Source: Ignisphaera sp.
GTDB lineage: Archaea > Thermoproteota > Thermoprotei_A > Sulfolobales > Ignisphaeraceae
Direction: 5' to 3'
DNA length: 63,093 nucleotides
NCBI GenBank assembly: GCA_038821645.1
Contig: JAWBDT010000010.1
Coordinates: 1 to 63,093 of the forward strand
The notes under the pieces were generated by a model. It was not told the origin of the DNA. It was given only the letters and a program-made list of their open reading frames with translations, and ran no database searches. Positions 20,155-29,892 of the stretch are shown one piece after another; the stretch's first letter is position 1; each line of letters starts with the position of its first letter. The translations under genes and the position numbers were made by a program.

Positions 20155-20369
20155 ATCTTCTTCACCATTACTGTATCCAGCTAATAGTTCATTTTATACA
20201 CATCTGTTCATCCTACGGTTTTACCACCTAAAAAGCGTTTCTAGACTTGGTTTTCTATTGACCTTCTATATGTAGTAACATAGTAAGAGATGTTCTTGAT
20301 TATAGCTATAGATGTAAACAATATTGCATAACTACGTATCTAGTGAATCGTATGAATCCAAGTTTAATC

Positions 20370-21284
20370 CTACAGAATTCTACTCAATATAGTATTTGGA
20401 TTGTATAGCTCAAGATCTTCATACCCTTGACCAACACCAATGAAGAAAATAGGTTTCCCTATACCAAGTATTACACTTAGAGCTGCACCACCTTTAGCAT
20501 CGGCATCCACCTTAGTAAGTATAACGCCATCGACTCCTATGGCTTTATCAAAAAACTTAGCTTGCTCTATAGCATCGTTGCCTGTTAAAGCATCAACTAC
20601 TAGAATCTTGAGGTGAGGATTAACAACCTTGACTATCTTTCTAAGCTCGTTCATTAAATCGATATCGATATGCATTCTTCCAGCAGTATCTATTAAAACA
20701 ACATCGTAACCATTCTTAGTTGCATAAATGACGCCATCAAAAGCTACAGAAGCTGGATCAGCTCCATACCTACCTCCTACAAACGGTATGTTTAGATTGA
20801 TACTATGCCTCTTAAGCTGTTCTTGAGCTCCTGCACGAAAAGTATCTGCTGCAACTATTACAGGTCTTAACGAATTTCTCGTAATCATGTAAGCTACTTT
20901 AGCAATAGTTGTTGTCTTACCTACACCATTAACTCCCACAAAGACTATTTTAACGGGCTTCGATGTACGCAAAGTATCTTTGATAATCTCCATAAAGTTT
21001 CTTGATAAGCCGCGATTAAGCATATCTCTAATACTATCTCTAGTTACCTCTAGAATAATTTCTTCAGAATCCCTACTTCTAGGTATCTTTATTTCACGAA
21101 GTCTAATTTTAATTGACTCAACTATTTCTTGAGCTACATCAAATGCTACATCGGCTTCTACAAGCTCTAGAAGAAGATTATTACAAAAATCCTCTACCTC
21201 TTTATCGCTTAATTCTCTATATTTAAGGGTTTCAGAAACACGTTTCGTGAAGGATTTTAGAGCCTCTTTAAGCTTCGAAAACAC
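20370..21284 (-). CDS. ftsY: SRP receptor FtsY
   Basis: GVNGVGKTT, DTFRAGA, DTAGR, TKVD. Confidence 0.97.
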   Translation of the reverse strand: MFSKLKEALKSFTKRVSETLKYRELSDKEVEDFCNNLLLELVEADVAFDVAQEIVESIKIRLREIKIPRSRDSEEIILEVTRDSIRDMLNRGLSRNFMEIIKDTLRTSKPVKIVFVGVNGVGKTTTIAKVAYMITRNSLRPVIVAADTFRAGAQEQLKRHSINLNIPFVGGRYGADPASVAFDGVIYATKNGYDVVLIDTAGRMHIDIDLMNELRKIVKVVNPHLKILVVDALTGNDAIEQAKFFDKAIGVDGVILTKVDADAKGGAALSVILGIGKPIFFIGVGQGYEDLELYNPNTILSRIL

Positions 21285-21323
21285 TTAATAGTACCCCCTT
21301 CTAGACTTAGAAGAAATGTGATA

Positions 21324-21776
21324 TTACGTTTTTTCTTCTTTTGAAAGGAGTGCTAGATATTCTTGAAGCTTAGTCTGTAATTGTTCGTATATAGATGTCA
21401 ACTGTTTTAATTCTGCTTCAGTTCTTCTGAGTTCCTCCATAACATCTTTTTCAAAGTTGAGCAAAACATTTTTTGCATTATCTATTGGAAGAAATACATA
21501 GAAATCCCTACCTATTCTAACAACAGCTTTCTCTATATCCTCAAGCTTTACTTTAACATAAACATAACCTTGTCTATCTAGGGAAGCCATCACATCTCTT
21601 TGGCTATGTTGTTGAATATTCGTTAGAGTTTCATAAGCTATTCTAATCTCCTGTATTTCGCTCGTTAATGCTAAAGATCTATTCTGTAATATACGTATAG
21701 CTGCTCTAAGTTCTTCTAATTGAACCAACAATTGTTGTACCGCTCTTTCAACATCTATTCTATCTGGATTGCTCAC
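21324..21776 (-). CDS. pfdA: prefoldin alpha subunit
   Basis: Coiled coil - beta hairpins - coiled coil; synteny. Confidence 0.85.
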   Translation of the reverse strand: MSNPDRIDVERAVQQLLVQLEELRAAIRILQNRSLALTSEIQEIRIAYETLTNIQQHSQRDVMASLDRQGYVYVKVKLEDIEKAVVRIGRDFYVFLPIDNAKNVLLNFEKDVMEELRRTEAELKQLTSIYEQLQTKLQEYLALLSKEEKT

Positions 21777-22045
21777 TATACCACCATATATTGAATTGAT
21801 TCAAGATCTACAACATATTTGTTTTTAGCTTCTTCAGGAGGTATTTCCTCAATGTTGATAATCTTTATATTCGATCTCTTGAGTTTATGTCTACTGCCAA
21901 GCTCTGAATAAATTTTCTCTAAAGCATGCTCAACTTTAACAGCTCTCACCTCTTTGACAAACTTTCTCCATTGTGGTAATTTGTCATGAGATATGAGCAT
22001 AAATCCGGTTATTCTATATATCTTGACTTCTCTATCCATTTCCAA
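21776..22045 (-). CDS. rpl18a: 50S ribosomal protein L18Ae (LX)
   Basis: YSELGSRHKLKR. Confidence 0.93.
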   Translation of the reverse strand: MEMDREVKIYRITGFMLISHDKLPQWRKFVKEVRAVKVEHALEKIYSELGSRHKLKRSNIKIINIEEIPPEEAKNKYVVDLESIQYMVV

Positions 22046-22703
22046 ACACCCTACTTATCCTCATTATCTCTGGACCTGTGGTTCTTTCACCTACGAGTAG
22101 TCCAGTAGAATTACCAACAAGTCCAGACTTTATAAATCCTATTCCGAAGTTGACAGTACCTATATCTATTTTCACTCTAAATAGATCTGAAAGAATTTCA
22201 AGATCCTTTTCTGTAGCATCTGGATGCACTAAACCTCCAACATTGTTTACATAAGCTGCTGAACCAACTGTAGGAATGTCGTTTATAAGACCCTTTTCAA
22301 CTACCTCAACCTCTAGAAAATCTTTAACAAATTTAGCTAACTCTTCATATGCCTGAGGATGTATTAATGCTGCTTTATCGTTAACAAGACATACATTTCC
22401 AAGAGCCGTAAACCTAGTTTCAACAACAGCTACATTACCTTCAAATTCTTGCTTAATTTTACGATATTCATGTTCTCTAACTATATGGGGAAGAAGAATA
22501 CCTTTATTATTGCCCACAATCAATATATTAATCACATTTGTATCAGCTATAGAGATACGCAAAACAGGTACATTTAGAGTTGATTTAACAAGATTTACAA
22601 GCTTTTCTTCAGCATCCTTTGGAACTAAAGCTATCTTATCATTAGCATACACATATATACCTATATTTGGATTACCATAATAGTTGGCCTTCTCTATAAT
22701 CAT
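22032..22703 (-). CDS. eif6: translation initiation factor 6
   Basis: GNPNIG, GTVNFG, TTGPE. Confidence 0.95.
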   Translation of the reverse strand: MIIEKANYYGNPNIGIYVYANDKIALVPKDAEEKLVNLVKSTLNVPVLRISIADTNVINILIVGNNKGILLPHIVREHEYRKIKQEFEGNVAVVETRFTALGNVCLVNDKAALIHPQAYEELAKFVKDFLEVEVVEKGLINDIPTVGSAAYVNNVGGLVHPDATEKDLEILSDLFRVKIDIGTVNFGIGFIKSGLVGNSTGLLVGERTTGPEIMRISRVFGNG

Positions 22704-22712
22704 CTGATTATT

Positions 22713-22985
22713 CTACCTCTCAACAGGTAAAGCGATAGACACTTTATACACACCGCTATCAATACGCATAAATTTAACAGCTATAATCCTAGGAGGTTTC
22801 TCTATTTTTCTACTATATATATACATACTTATTAGTGGATCCAACAACACTTTTCCACCTAAATGTCTCTCTAGAAACCTCCGTATATACTTGATAGCCC
22901 TTTGACCCCTATTCCTTCTGGATCCTGCTCTATAAACATTTCTTAAATGAATTACATATAAACCCTCATTTTTCTCTTGAGGCAT
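22713..22985 (-). CDS. rpl31e: 50S ribosomal protein L31e
   Basis: RA..IRRF..RH, IEKPP; probable start ATG 22985 (track extends to 23006). Confidence 0.9.
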   Translation of the reverse strand: MPQEKNEGLYVIHLRNVYRAGSRRNRGQRAIKYIRRFLERHLGGKVLLDPLISMYIYSRKIEKPPRIIAVKFMRIDSGVYKVSIALPVER

Positions 22986-22998
22986 TATACCCAATCCC

Positions 22999-23157
22999 CT
23001 AAACATCGCCTAGTTTGGATCTCCTCCAATGCCTTAACCTATATCCTCTTCTGATTTTTAATCTTGTTTTAAGCGATACCCATACAGGAACAGGTTGATT
23101 ACTTTTTTCTCTATTTATAAGTCTGAGTTTCTTAGCTAAAGGTTTATATCTAGCCAT
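22999..23157 (-). CDS. rpl39e: 50S ribosomal protein L39e (not in ORF track)
   Basis: Manual translation MARYKPLAKKLRLINREKSNQPVPVWVSLKT...RHWRRSKL, 52 aa. Confidence 0.95.
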   Translation of the reverse strand: MARYKPLAKKLRLINREKSNQPVPVWVSLKTRLKIRRGYRLRHWRRSKLGDV

Positions 23158-23171
23158 ATAGATCCCTAAAA

Positions 23172-23522
23172 CTATTTCTCACGTATACTTATTCTGAAAT
23201 CTCGTCTAGTTCTTTCATAGATTTCTTCGAGAATGGCTTTAAGCTCTTCATCTGTTAAAGGTCTTGTGATCTTGCCTTGTAAAGCTAAAACTATAAGTCT
23301 ATCTTCAACAGCTCTAGCTATCTCCGGTTTCACAAGCCTTATATTGTATAGTCTTTCACGTGCTTCTGATGTAAGAATACTCCTAAGTATCTCCTGTCTT
23401 CTAGCTTCCTCGAGTTCCTTTTGTAGCCTTCTTCTCTCAATTTCTTGCCTTCTAGCTAACAGTTCTTGATATCTTCTATCGAGTAAAGCTTCAATCTCTT
23501 CATCGCTTACCTCATAGGGCAT
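23172..23522 (-). CDS. PDCD5/TFAR19-like DNA-binding protein
   Basis: ILTSEARERL.NI.LVKPE. Confidence 0.93.
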   Translation of the reverse strand: MPYEVSDEEIEALLDRRYQELLARRQEIERRRLQKELEEARRQEILRSILTSEARERLYNIRLVKPEIARAVEDRLIVLALQGKITRPLTDEELKAILEEIYERTRRDFRISIREK

Positions 23523-23594
23523 AAATCGTCACCACTAATTTGTGTATCTATTAAACCAAATTACTGGACACGCTTAATATGCTTATCATCTATT

Positions 23595-24068
23595 TTATCT
23601 AGCTGAAGGAGGACCATATTTACTTAACTCGGGAATAGATTTTACCAAGGTCTTAAATATCTCGTATGCTATACTATCGAGAAGCTTCCTACCTTTAGGT
23701 GTTATTATACGTCCTCTAGGCGTTTTTGCGACAAGTCCTGCTTTTTCAAGTTGCTGAAGTATTATCCTTATATGAGATCCTCCACACTTTCTAAAATGCG
23801 GTGGTGCTGAACCTCTTCTCTTAAGCCCACCAAAAATTGTTCTAAAGGTTCCTAAACCTATGGGCTCTTCAGCCAAGTAAAGTTTTCTGAGAATTGCTGC
23901 TGCTCTATAGTACCACCATTCTTGGTTGTCTGGTACTCTTTCACGATGAGGTCCTGTTTTCACAAATAGAGCCCATGGTGGTGGTTTTACGTAATCTACG
24001 TTATTTTTAAGGTATTGTGCTAGTCTATCTATAAGTAGAGGAGCTGGTACATCTCTAACTGTAACCAT
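23595..24068 (-). CDS. rps19e: 30S ribosomal protein S19e
   Basis: PPWALFVKTG, WWYYRAA. Confidence 0.97.
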   Translation of the reverse strand: MVTVRDVPAPLLIDRLAQYLKNNVDYVKPPPWALFVKTGPHRERVPDNQEWWYYRAAAILRKLYLAEEPIGLGTFRTIFGGLKRRGSAPPHFRKCGGSHIRIILQQLEKAGLVAKTPRGRIITPKGRKLLDSIAYEIFKTLVKSIPELSKYGPPSAR

Positions 24069-24078
24069 GCATACTACC

Positions 24079-24396
24079 CTAGCCTTTTGATCTCTCTAAG
24101 TCTATACGGGAAGAGCTTTTAAGGATTTTTCTAGATATAAGTATATATGTGTAGCCACGTGAATCAACTATAACACCATCAACAGATTTAGCTAGCATAG
24201 CTATATCGTCATCAGAAATACTGTTTCTAGCATTTCTAAGTATCCTCACCTTCACAATACCATGTTCTTCTAAAACTCTCTTAACCTCATTGATTAAGTT
24301 CATATGTATACCATTTTTGCCTATGTTAACATCTGCCCTATGTCTTCTAATCCTCTCCTTATATAACCTTCTGGCCAACCCTCTAAGCTTCACCAT
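24079..24396 (-). CDS. YhbY/CRM-domain RNA-binding protein
   Basis: IGKNG, VKVRIL. Confidence 0.88.
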   Translation of the reverse strand: MVKLRGLARRLYKERIRRHRADVNIGKNGIHMNLINEVKRVLEEHGIVKVRILRNARNSISDDDIAMLAKSVDGVIVDSRGYTYILISRKILKSSSRIDLERSKG

Positions 24397-24715
24397 TTTT
24401 TCTACACCTCAAGAACTCGTATCTGTGGATCCAACCACATACAAGACATCTAGTTATAACTCTTAAAGTTTTCCCCTTTCTACGCGTCCTAATAACTACA
24501 TTTACTCCTGGAACCATTATCACCTTACAGTTTTTGCATATCCATCTCTTAATCGATCTCGGTATCTTAACCCTATTCCTCATAGAGATCCTGTATATAA
24601 GTTCACCATATCTACGAGCAAATCGATAATCCTTCATTCTCGAAGCTTCTACACCCATACTGTAGAGTATATACATACGCTGAATAGCTATATCCTTTAG
24701 TTTATCTTTATGCAT
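24383..24715 (-). CDS. rnp4: RNase P protein component 4 (Rpp21)
   Basis: IA.QR, KRWICKNC, CLVCG. Confidence 0.93.
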   Translation of the reverse strand: MHKDKLKDIAIQRMYILYSMGVEASRMKDYRFARRYGELIYRISMRNRVKIPRSIKRWICKNCKVIMVPGVNVVIRTRRKGKTLRVITRCLVCGWIHRYEFLRCRKNGEA

Positions 24716-24760
24716 AACAAATCCTCAATATACTTCTAGCCTAGGTATGAATCCATATGT

Positions 24761-24775
24761 AAAGCTTTTAAGTAA
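24761..24775 (+). promoter_or_regulatory. BRE/TATA promoter of tRNA-Glu
   Basis: AAAGCTTTTTAAGTA about 25 nt upstream of the tRNA. Confidence 0.65.
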
Positions 24776-24799
24776 CTACTACGCACAACACATCTTAGT

Positions 24800-24899
24800 G
24801 CCGCGGTAGTATAGCCCGGTCAAGTATGCGGGCCTCTCGAGCCCGTGACACTAAATCAAAGTGCGGGAGACCCGGGTTCAAATCCCGGCCGCGGCACCA
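24800..24899 (+). tRNA. tRNA-Glu(CUC) with 22-nt intron (24848-24869) at position 45/46
   Basis: Anticodon arm CGGGC-CT-CTC-GA-GCCCG; BHB-like motif CCCG/CGGG helix with UGA and AGA bulges; T arm GGTTCAAATCC; CCA. Confidence 0.95.
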
Positions 24900-25322
24900 A
24901 ATAGTAGCCCATCTCAATTTATCCTCATATAATCTGTTCTATGTAGTAAGAGCTATCATATAGTACCAGAAGCATGTATCAAAGATTGGTAAATGATATA
25001 GTCTCTAGGAATATGGATCCGATACTACAGAAGTTTAGAAACATAGAAAGTATTGCGATGTAGTATTCTCCTTTTCTATAGCTCTGTTCTCTATTTTGTT
25101 TTCTAGAATGATTCTCTTAAGAATATGACTAGTAGATCTATGTTTAGTTTCTAGGTTCACTACAACAAAAATTATTAGGTCAGTACTCAAGACCATAATC
25201 ATCTCTATTCATATTCTCCGAGCTCATCATCTTATAGTACTTTATACTTCGTTGAGTATTTTAATTTTGATAACGTTATACAATATATAAGGTTATGTAG
25301 AGCATAATTAGGTAAGTAGCAT

Positions 25323-26114
25323 ATGAAATTGATGAAGTGGAGAGAACTAGATATGCTGATTTCACAATCAGATATCGTATTAGAGGTTGTTGAAGCCCGT
25401 AACCCAATTTCTACTAGATGTAGATTTGTTGAAGAAAATGTTATACACAAGAACAAAAAACTTGTTGTTGTGCTTAATAAATGTGATCTTGTTCCTAAAG
25501 ATGTTTGTCGATTGTGGACAAAATTGCTTGCTGATGAAGGATTTACAGCAGTATGTTTCTCTCATAAATTCAAAAAACATATACAGTACCTCAAGAGACT
25601 TATAGAGAATATTGTAGAGATAAAGCCTATAACGATAGCTGTTGTTGGATACCCTAAGGTAGGTAAATCTTCGCTAATTAATGCTCTAAAGGGTAAGAAC
25701 TCTGCACCTACAAGTCCATATCCTGGATCCCCAGGTTATACGAAGGCTAGCCAGAAGTACAAGATAGCTCCAGGAGTATATCTGATCGATACACCTGGTA
25801 TAATACCTATACATAATACCAACGATATTGAGCTACTGATAAGATCTAGACCTATAGAGAAGATAGACAATACGCTTCATGTAGTATTAAAATTAATAGA
25901 GACAATCATAAGCAATAACAAGTTCGCATTTAAAGAAGCCTATGGCGTAGATTCACTAGACCCTCTAGAAATTCTAAATAGTCTAGCCATAAAGCGTGGA
26001 TGGTTTATAGGCAAAGGTTCGGAAAGAGAGCCCAATCTTGTGGAAGCTGCTAGAGCCATTATAAGAGATTACCTAAAAGGTAAGATAAAATTCTATGTAT
26101 TGCCTCCTACATAA
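25323..26114 (+). CDS. circularly permuted GTPase (RbgA/YlqF family)
   Basis: NKCD before GYPKVGKS; DTPG. Confidence 0.93.
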   Translation: MKLMKWRELDMLISQSDIVLEVVEARNPISTRCRFVEENVIHKNKKLVVVLNKCDLVPKDVCRLWTKLLADEGFTAVCFSHKFKKHIQYLKRLIENIVEIKPITIAVVGYPKVGKSSLINALKGKNSAPTSPYPGSPGYTKASQKYKIAPGVYLIDTPGIIPIHNTNDIELLIRSRPIEKIDNTLHVVLKLIETIISNNKFAFKEAYGVDSLDPLEILNSLAIKRGWFIGKGSEREPNLVEAARAIIRDYLKGKIKFYVLPPT

Positions 26115-27145
26115 TTACCTTTCCGTATCTTAGCAAGAACCTTCTTTAGATAGTGCTCAGATAGCCTATAAAGCTTCATGTATTCAACTATATCGCTATA
26201 CCCTATATCTCTACGGTCTCTATAAACTTTTGTAAGTTCATATACTATTCTCGAGATTTTGTCATCTATACCCATACAATCTATTATAGCTTCATCCATT
26301 TGTTTATCTCCCAACTTGATACTCAGTATCAAGTCAATTATTTTGTTTATCTCACTAGGAACACCTATCGATGAACCTTTAAGCTTTATAGCTTTTCTCT
26401 CGACGTCTAGCAAATGAAGTCTATAGATCATGTATGTTGCATAAGGTCTAGAATAAAGTCTATCAACTATACCTCCGATTACGAAATAATTAAAGCGAAA
26501 AACATCTTCTGTAGATAATGTCTCTTCAGCATAAGGATCAAGCATTAGTGTTTGAGATCTATCTATTGATGAATATGGACTGGAATCTATATACCAAGGA
26601 CACAGAAAGAGAATACGCTTTCTTAATCTGGCTAAAGCTTCTGAAGGAGCTGAAACAAAGACTAGGTGATAATCTGTTAACCATCTCCTAATTACGTTAA
26701 TAGAGACCTCAACCTGCTTCAAAAGCTTCAGTTTCTCTTTTTCATGATGTAGCTCCCACAAACTTAAATCAATCATGAATATAGGAATTTTGGGAACAAT
26801 ATCCATGAATAATGCTAGCAACCTATTTGATAGATCTTGAGAACAATACTCATCACTACGCACAACTGTTGCATCTGACCAATATGTATCCTTAGCTGGA
26901 TACAGAATATATATTCCTTTATAGAATCCTGCTAGAACACCTTTACTCTTTTTAGCACATATCTTTAGTTTATTCAATAGAAGTGCTATAGCTATTCTAT
27001 GGAGAACTTCTCTAGAACTACTTTTGTAACCTGTAAGAATATATTTTATGGTTTTCGTACTTAGAGCGAGAAAAGCTATACCATGCATTCTTAACGCATA
27101 GGTAAAAGCATCAACAATAATATCTCTAACCATGCTCATAGTCAT
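26093..27145 (-). CDS. trm10: tRNA m1G9/m1A9 methyltransferase
   Basis: LDPYA, FVIGGIVD, GVP..IN. Confidence 0.85.
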   Translation of the reverse strand: MTMSMVRDIIVDAFTYALRMHGIAFLALSTKTIKYILTGYKSSSREVLHRIAIALLLNKLKICAKKSKGVLAGFYKGIYILYPAKDTYWSDATVVRSDEYCSQDLSNRLLALFMDIVPKIPIFMIDLSLWELHHEKEKLKLLKQVEVSINVIRRWLTDYHLVFVSAPSEALARLRKRILFLCPWYIDSSPYSSIDRSQTLMLDPYAEETLSTEDVFRFNYFVIGGIVDRLYSRPYATYMIYRLHLLDVERKAIKLKGSSIGVPSEINKIIDLILSIKLGDKQMDEAIIDCMGIDDKISRIVYELTKVYRDRRDIGYSDIVEYMKLYRLSEHYLKKVLAKIRKGNYVGGNT

Positions 27146-27195
27146 AGATATACCTATAAAAGAGATCTAGCAAATCTCGCTATCAAGTGATACAG

Positions 27196-28239
27196 CTATA
27201 CGCTACTTGATGTGTTAGAAACTATGAATTCTTTCTCAAGCTCTTTAACCATACTCTTATACATAGCTATACTCTTTGTTTCTACGGGATTTAACCCTCT
27301 GATTTGAGCTAGATAAACACTAGCTATACCAGCTATTAGAGAACCGTAGAGATGTCTTTCAATAATGTTGCCCCTTAACTTCAATATGTAGGTTCTTAGT
27401 CCTATAGATTTCAGGTATTCGTTATAGAAGCTAATCAGCTTATCTTCATAGAGAATATCTGAATCAATCAGTATAGCTACATCCCTAACCTTAGCATTCT
27501 CCCATCCAACAATATCGTTATGGAATAACTCAGGAGCTATTTCAACCTTTACTGGTATCTTAGAGTTCTCGTTAAATTCATCTTTTATTCTATATGCTAG
27601 TGCCTGAAATCTTGATGTAGCTACTACGGTTATGATTTGAGAACTTGAAACATAATCTATAATTTCTCTAGCTATTTCTTTAGCATTCTCAGTATCTTTC
27701 AGAACATTAATAGAAGATAAAGCTACATCCATAGGCACAATCTCTATACCACATCTCGATAGAAGTTTTAGAGAGGCTATGAACATTATAGGCATAGCTA
27801 GTCTTGGAACAAGATCACCTCTTACAACAACATATGGTAAAGATCTACGTTTTGCGATATCTAGAAGTCTACCACCTGATGTAACTACACACACCTTTGA
27901 ACCTTTGTCTAAAGCCTTCAAAGTTGATGAGACAGTTTCTAAGGTATTTCCTGAGTAGCTTATAGCTAGTACTACTGAATCTTTACGCAAAACAGTTTTA
28001 GGGATATAGAAATCCTTATAGACATGGACAACTACATTACTATAGTCTGAAGCTATAGAGGCTAACAGATCTCCAACAATTCCACTACCACCTAATCCTG
28101 TAACCACTATCCTTTCTGCATAACCAAGATCAATAATATTCTCCACTACATAATCTAGTGCTTCTAGACTATACTTGTACCAATTTATATAATGATCAAG
28201 CATATTGCATCCCATCCCAAAGCATATACTCATTATCAA
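27196..28239 (-). CDS. bifunctional phosphoglucose/phosphomannose isomerase
   Basis: GLGGSG, SYSGNT.ET, TSGG, NENSK, PELFHN. Confidence 0.92.
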   Translation of the reverse strand: MIMSICFGMGCNMLDHYINWYKYSLEALDYVVENIIDLGYAERIVVTGLGGSGIVGDLLASIASDYSNVVVHVYKDFYIPKTVLRKDSVVLAISYSGNTLETVSSTLKALDKGSKVCVVTSGGRLLDIAKRRSLPYVVVRGDLVPRLAMPIMFIASLKLLSRCGIEIVPMDVALSSINVLKDTENAKEIAREIIDYVSSSQIITVVATSRFQALAYRIKDEFNENSKIPVKVEIAPELFHNDIVGWENAKVRDVAILIDSDILYEDKLISFYNEYLKSIGLRTYILKLRGNIIERHLYGSLIAGIASVYLAQIRGLNPVETKSIAMYKSMVKELEKEFIVSNTSSSV

Positions 28240-28347
28240 CTATCCTAGGTATAATATATTAAGCTGTATGCTGTAAATAGGTTGTATCTCTGTAATACTT
28301 TCAAAAACTTTTAAGCGTAACAGATGTTGATTGATCTCGGTGAGTAT

Positions 28348-28557
28348 ATGCCTATATTTATTTCAGATGAAAACAGATTTTACGAGCTAGCTAAAAATGC
28401 TATTGAATGTAGGATAAAGAATGACAAAAGAAGAGGTATAGTGAAACTAAAGGCAAGAACAAAGAGATACCTGTATACATATATTGTATCAAGCGATAAT
28501 GCTACATCAGCTATAGAAAAACTCAAGAGTGTATGCAAGTCGCTCAAAGAGATTTAA
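28348..28557 (+). CDS. rpl38e: 50S ribosomal protein L38e
   Basis: MP start after GGTGA; VKLKARTKRYLYT. Confidence 0.9.
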   Translation: MPIFISDENRFYELAKNAIECRIKNDKRRGIVKLKARTKRYLYTYIVSSDNATSAIEKLKSVCKSLKEI

Positions 28558-28609
28558 TGATGTATAGTTTTAACCCCATCTGAGAAATGATGAAGGTCGG
28601 CGCTTCTGA
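28557..28609 (+). ncRNA. box C/D sRNA, predicted tRNA G26 guide
   Basis: ATGATGT...CTGA(28580)-ATGATGA(28587)-AGGTCGGCGCTT-CTGA(28606); D guide pairs with tRNA-Thr positions 22-33. Confidence 0.88.
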
Positions 28610-28632
28610 TTTTTGGAGATTTTCTCATTCTA

Positions 28633-28905
28633 TTACTCTTCTACATGTTTCGCGATACTGATTACAGTATAGCTAGAAACCTCTATAGAAATTGCATTAA
28701 CTGGACATAGTATAACGCATCCATAACAAGATATACATGAATTATCGTTAACCACAATTCTATTAATATTCTCATCTACTTTAAACACGTTGGTGGGACA
28801 TAGATCTACACAAAGTTTACATAAGTTACATCTTGAATAATCTAAGGTTATATTACCTTTAACCACTATACTCATACCCCGTTTGCTGTACCATACTCCA
28901 TACAT
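28633..28905 (-). CDS. 2[4Fe-4S] ferredoxin
   Basis: Two CxxCxxCxxxCP motifs. Confidence 0.92.
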   Translation of the reverse strand: MYGVWYSKRGMSIVVKGNITLDYSRCNLCKLCVDLCPTNVFKVDENINRIVVNDNSCISCYGCVILCPVNAISIEVSSYTVISIAKHVEE

Positions 28906-29050
28906 TTAGTGTATCCTTAATCTTTTTGGTTAAACTATAATACTACTTGTTCTTCTTTAATATATGTTTGACCATACATGTATAGCTTGAATGATATCTG
29001 TATTTTCTTAATATAACATGTAAGTATTATTCATAAAAAGTTAAAAAGTT

Positions 29051-29764
29051 TTGGAACAAGTATATTTGTTTCGGTTAAAAGAAATGTTATCAGAAGATGC
29101 TGTAGCACTAATGATGTCTACAGCTTATTCAGCTCCATATATAGATGATGTTGACAATAGATATATCTTAAGTAGTGCAGAGGTGATGAAGCTAACAGAA
29201 ATGTATGAAAATGAGGCTAGAGAATATGTGATATTAAACGGAATAAAGCTGATGTCGGCAAACAGGTTGAGTGAAGATGCATACATTCTCTGTAGCAATA
29301 TGTTAATACATATAGGTAGATTCAATAGAGGATATGTACCATCAGATGAAATATTGAAGTACAGAAAATTATGTCTAGATATGGTTTCACTTCATACACA
29401 TCCTATACCTTTACCTCTACCTACACTAGAAGATATCATATCTACACAACAAGTTGGCTATAATACTGAATGTGTTTTAAGTAAAATAGGTAAGTACAAT
29501 GCAAAGATGATATGTATAGAGCCTACAAAAGATTGGAACAGAATCCTAAATTCTATGGAGTTTTTTACAGAAATTGTCTACAAATTAGTGGACAAGTATA
29601 TAGTTGTTGAAGACGAGTTTAGCATAAGATTCGTACCTTATCCTTCTGAAGACCGTCTACAAGCTATAGAAAACGAATTTATTAGAATTCTTAAAGGAGA
29701 TGCATACATAGATATTGTTATACTGGATATGAAGCTAAGTGAATATACTCGTATCACTTGGTAG
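29051..29764 (+). CDS. JAB/MPN-like metalloprotein
   Basis: E...HTH-x7-T-x2-D matches JAMM spacing. Confidence 0.55.
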   Translation: MEQVYLFRLKEMLSEDAVALMMSTAYSAPYIDDVDNRYILSSAEVMKLTEMYENEAREYVILNGIKLMSANRLSEDAYILCSNMLIHIGRFNRGYVPSDEILKYRKLCLDMVSLHTHPIPLPLPTLEDIISTQQVGYNTECVLSKIGKYNAKMICIEPTKDWNRILNSMEFFTEIVYKLVDKYIVVEDEFSIRFVPYPSEDRLQAIENEFIRILKGDAYIDIVILDMKLSEYTRITW

Positions 29765-29892
29765 TTATGGCAACCATTATTCAACTAAATCTTTATAGAA
29801 TTGTTAGAGAGTAAAATAAATGATTTGTATTACATATATGTTTCCTCAATATTCATGGAGGTATATTAGCTTTCAATAGATTTTCATAGCTT

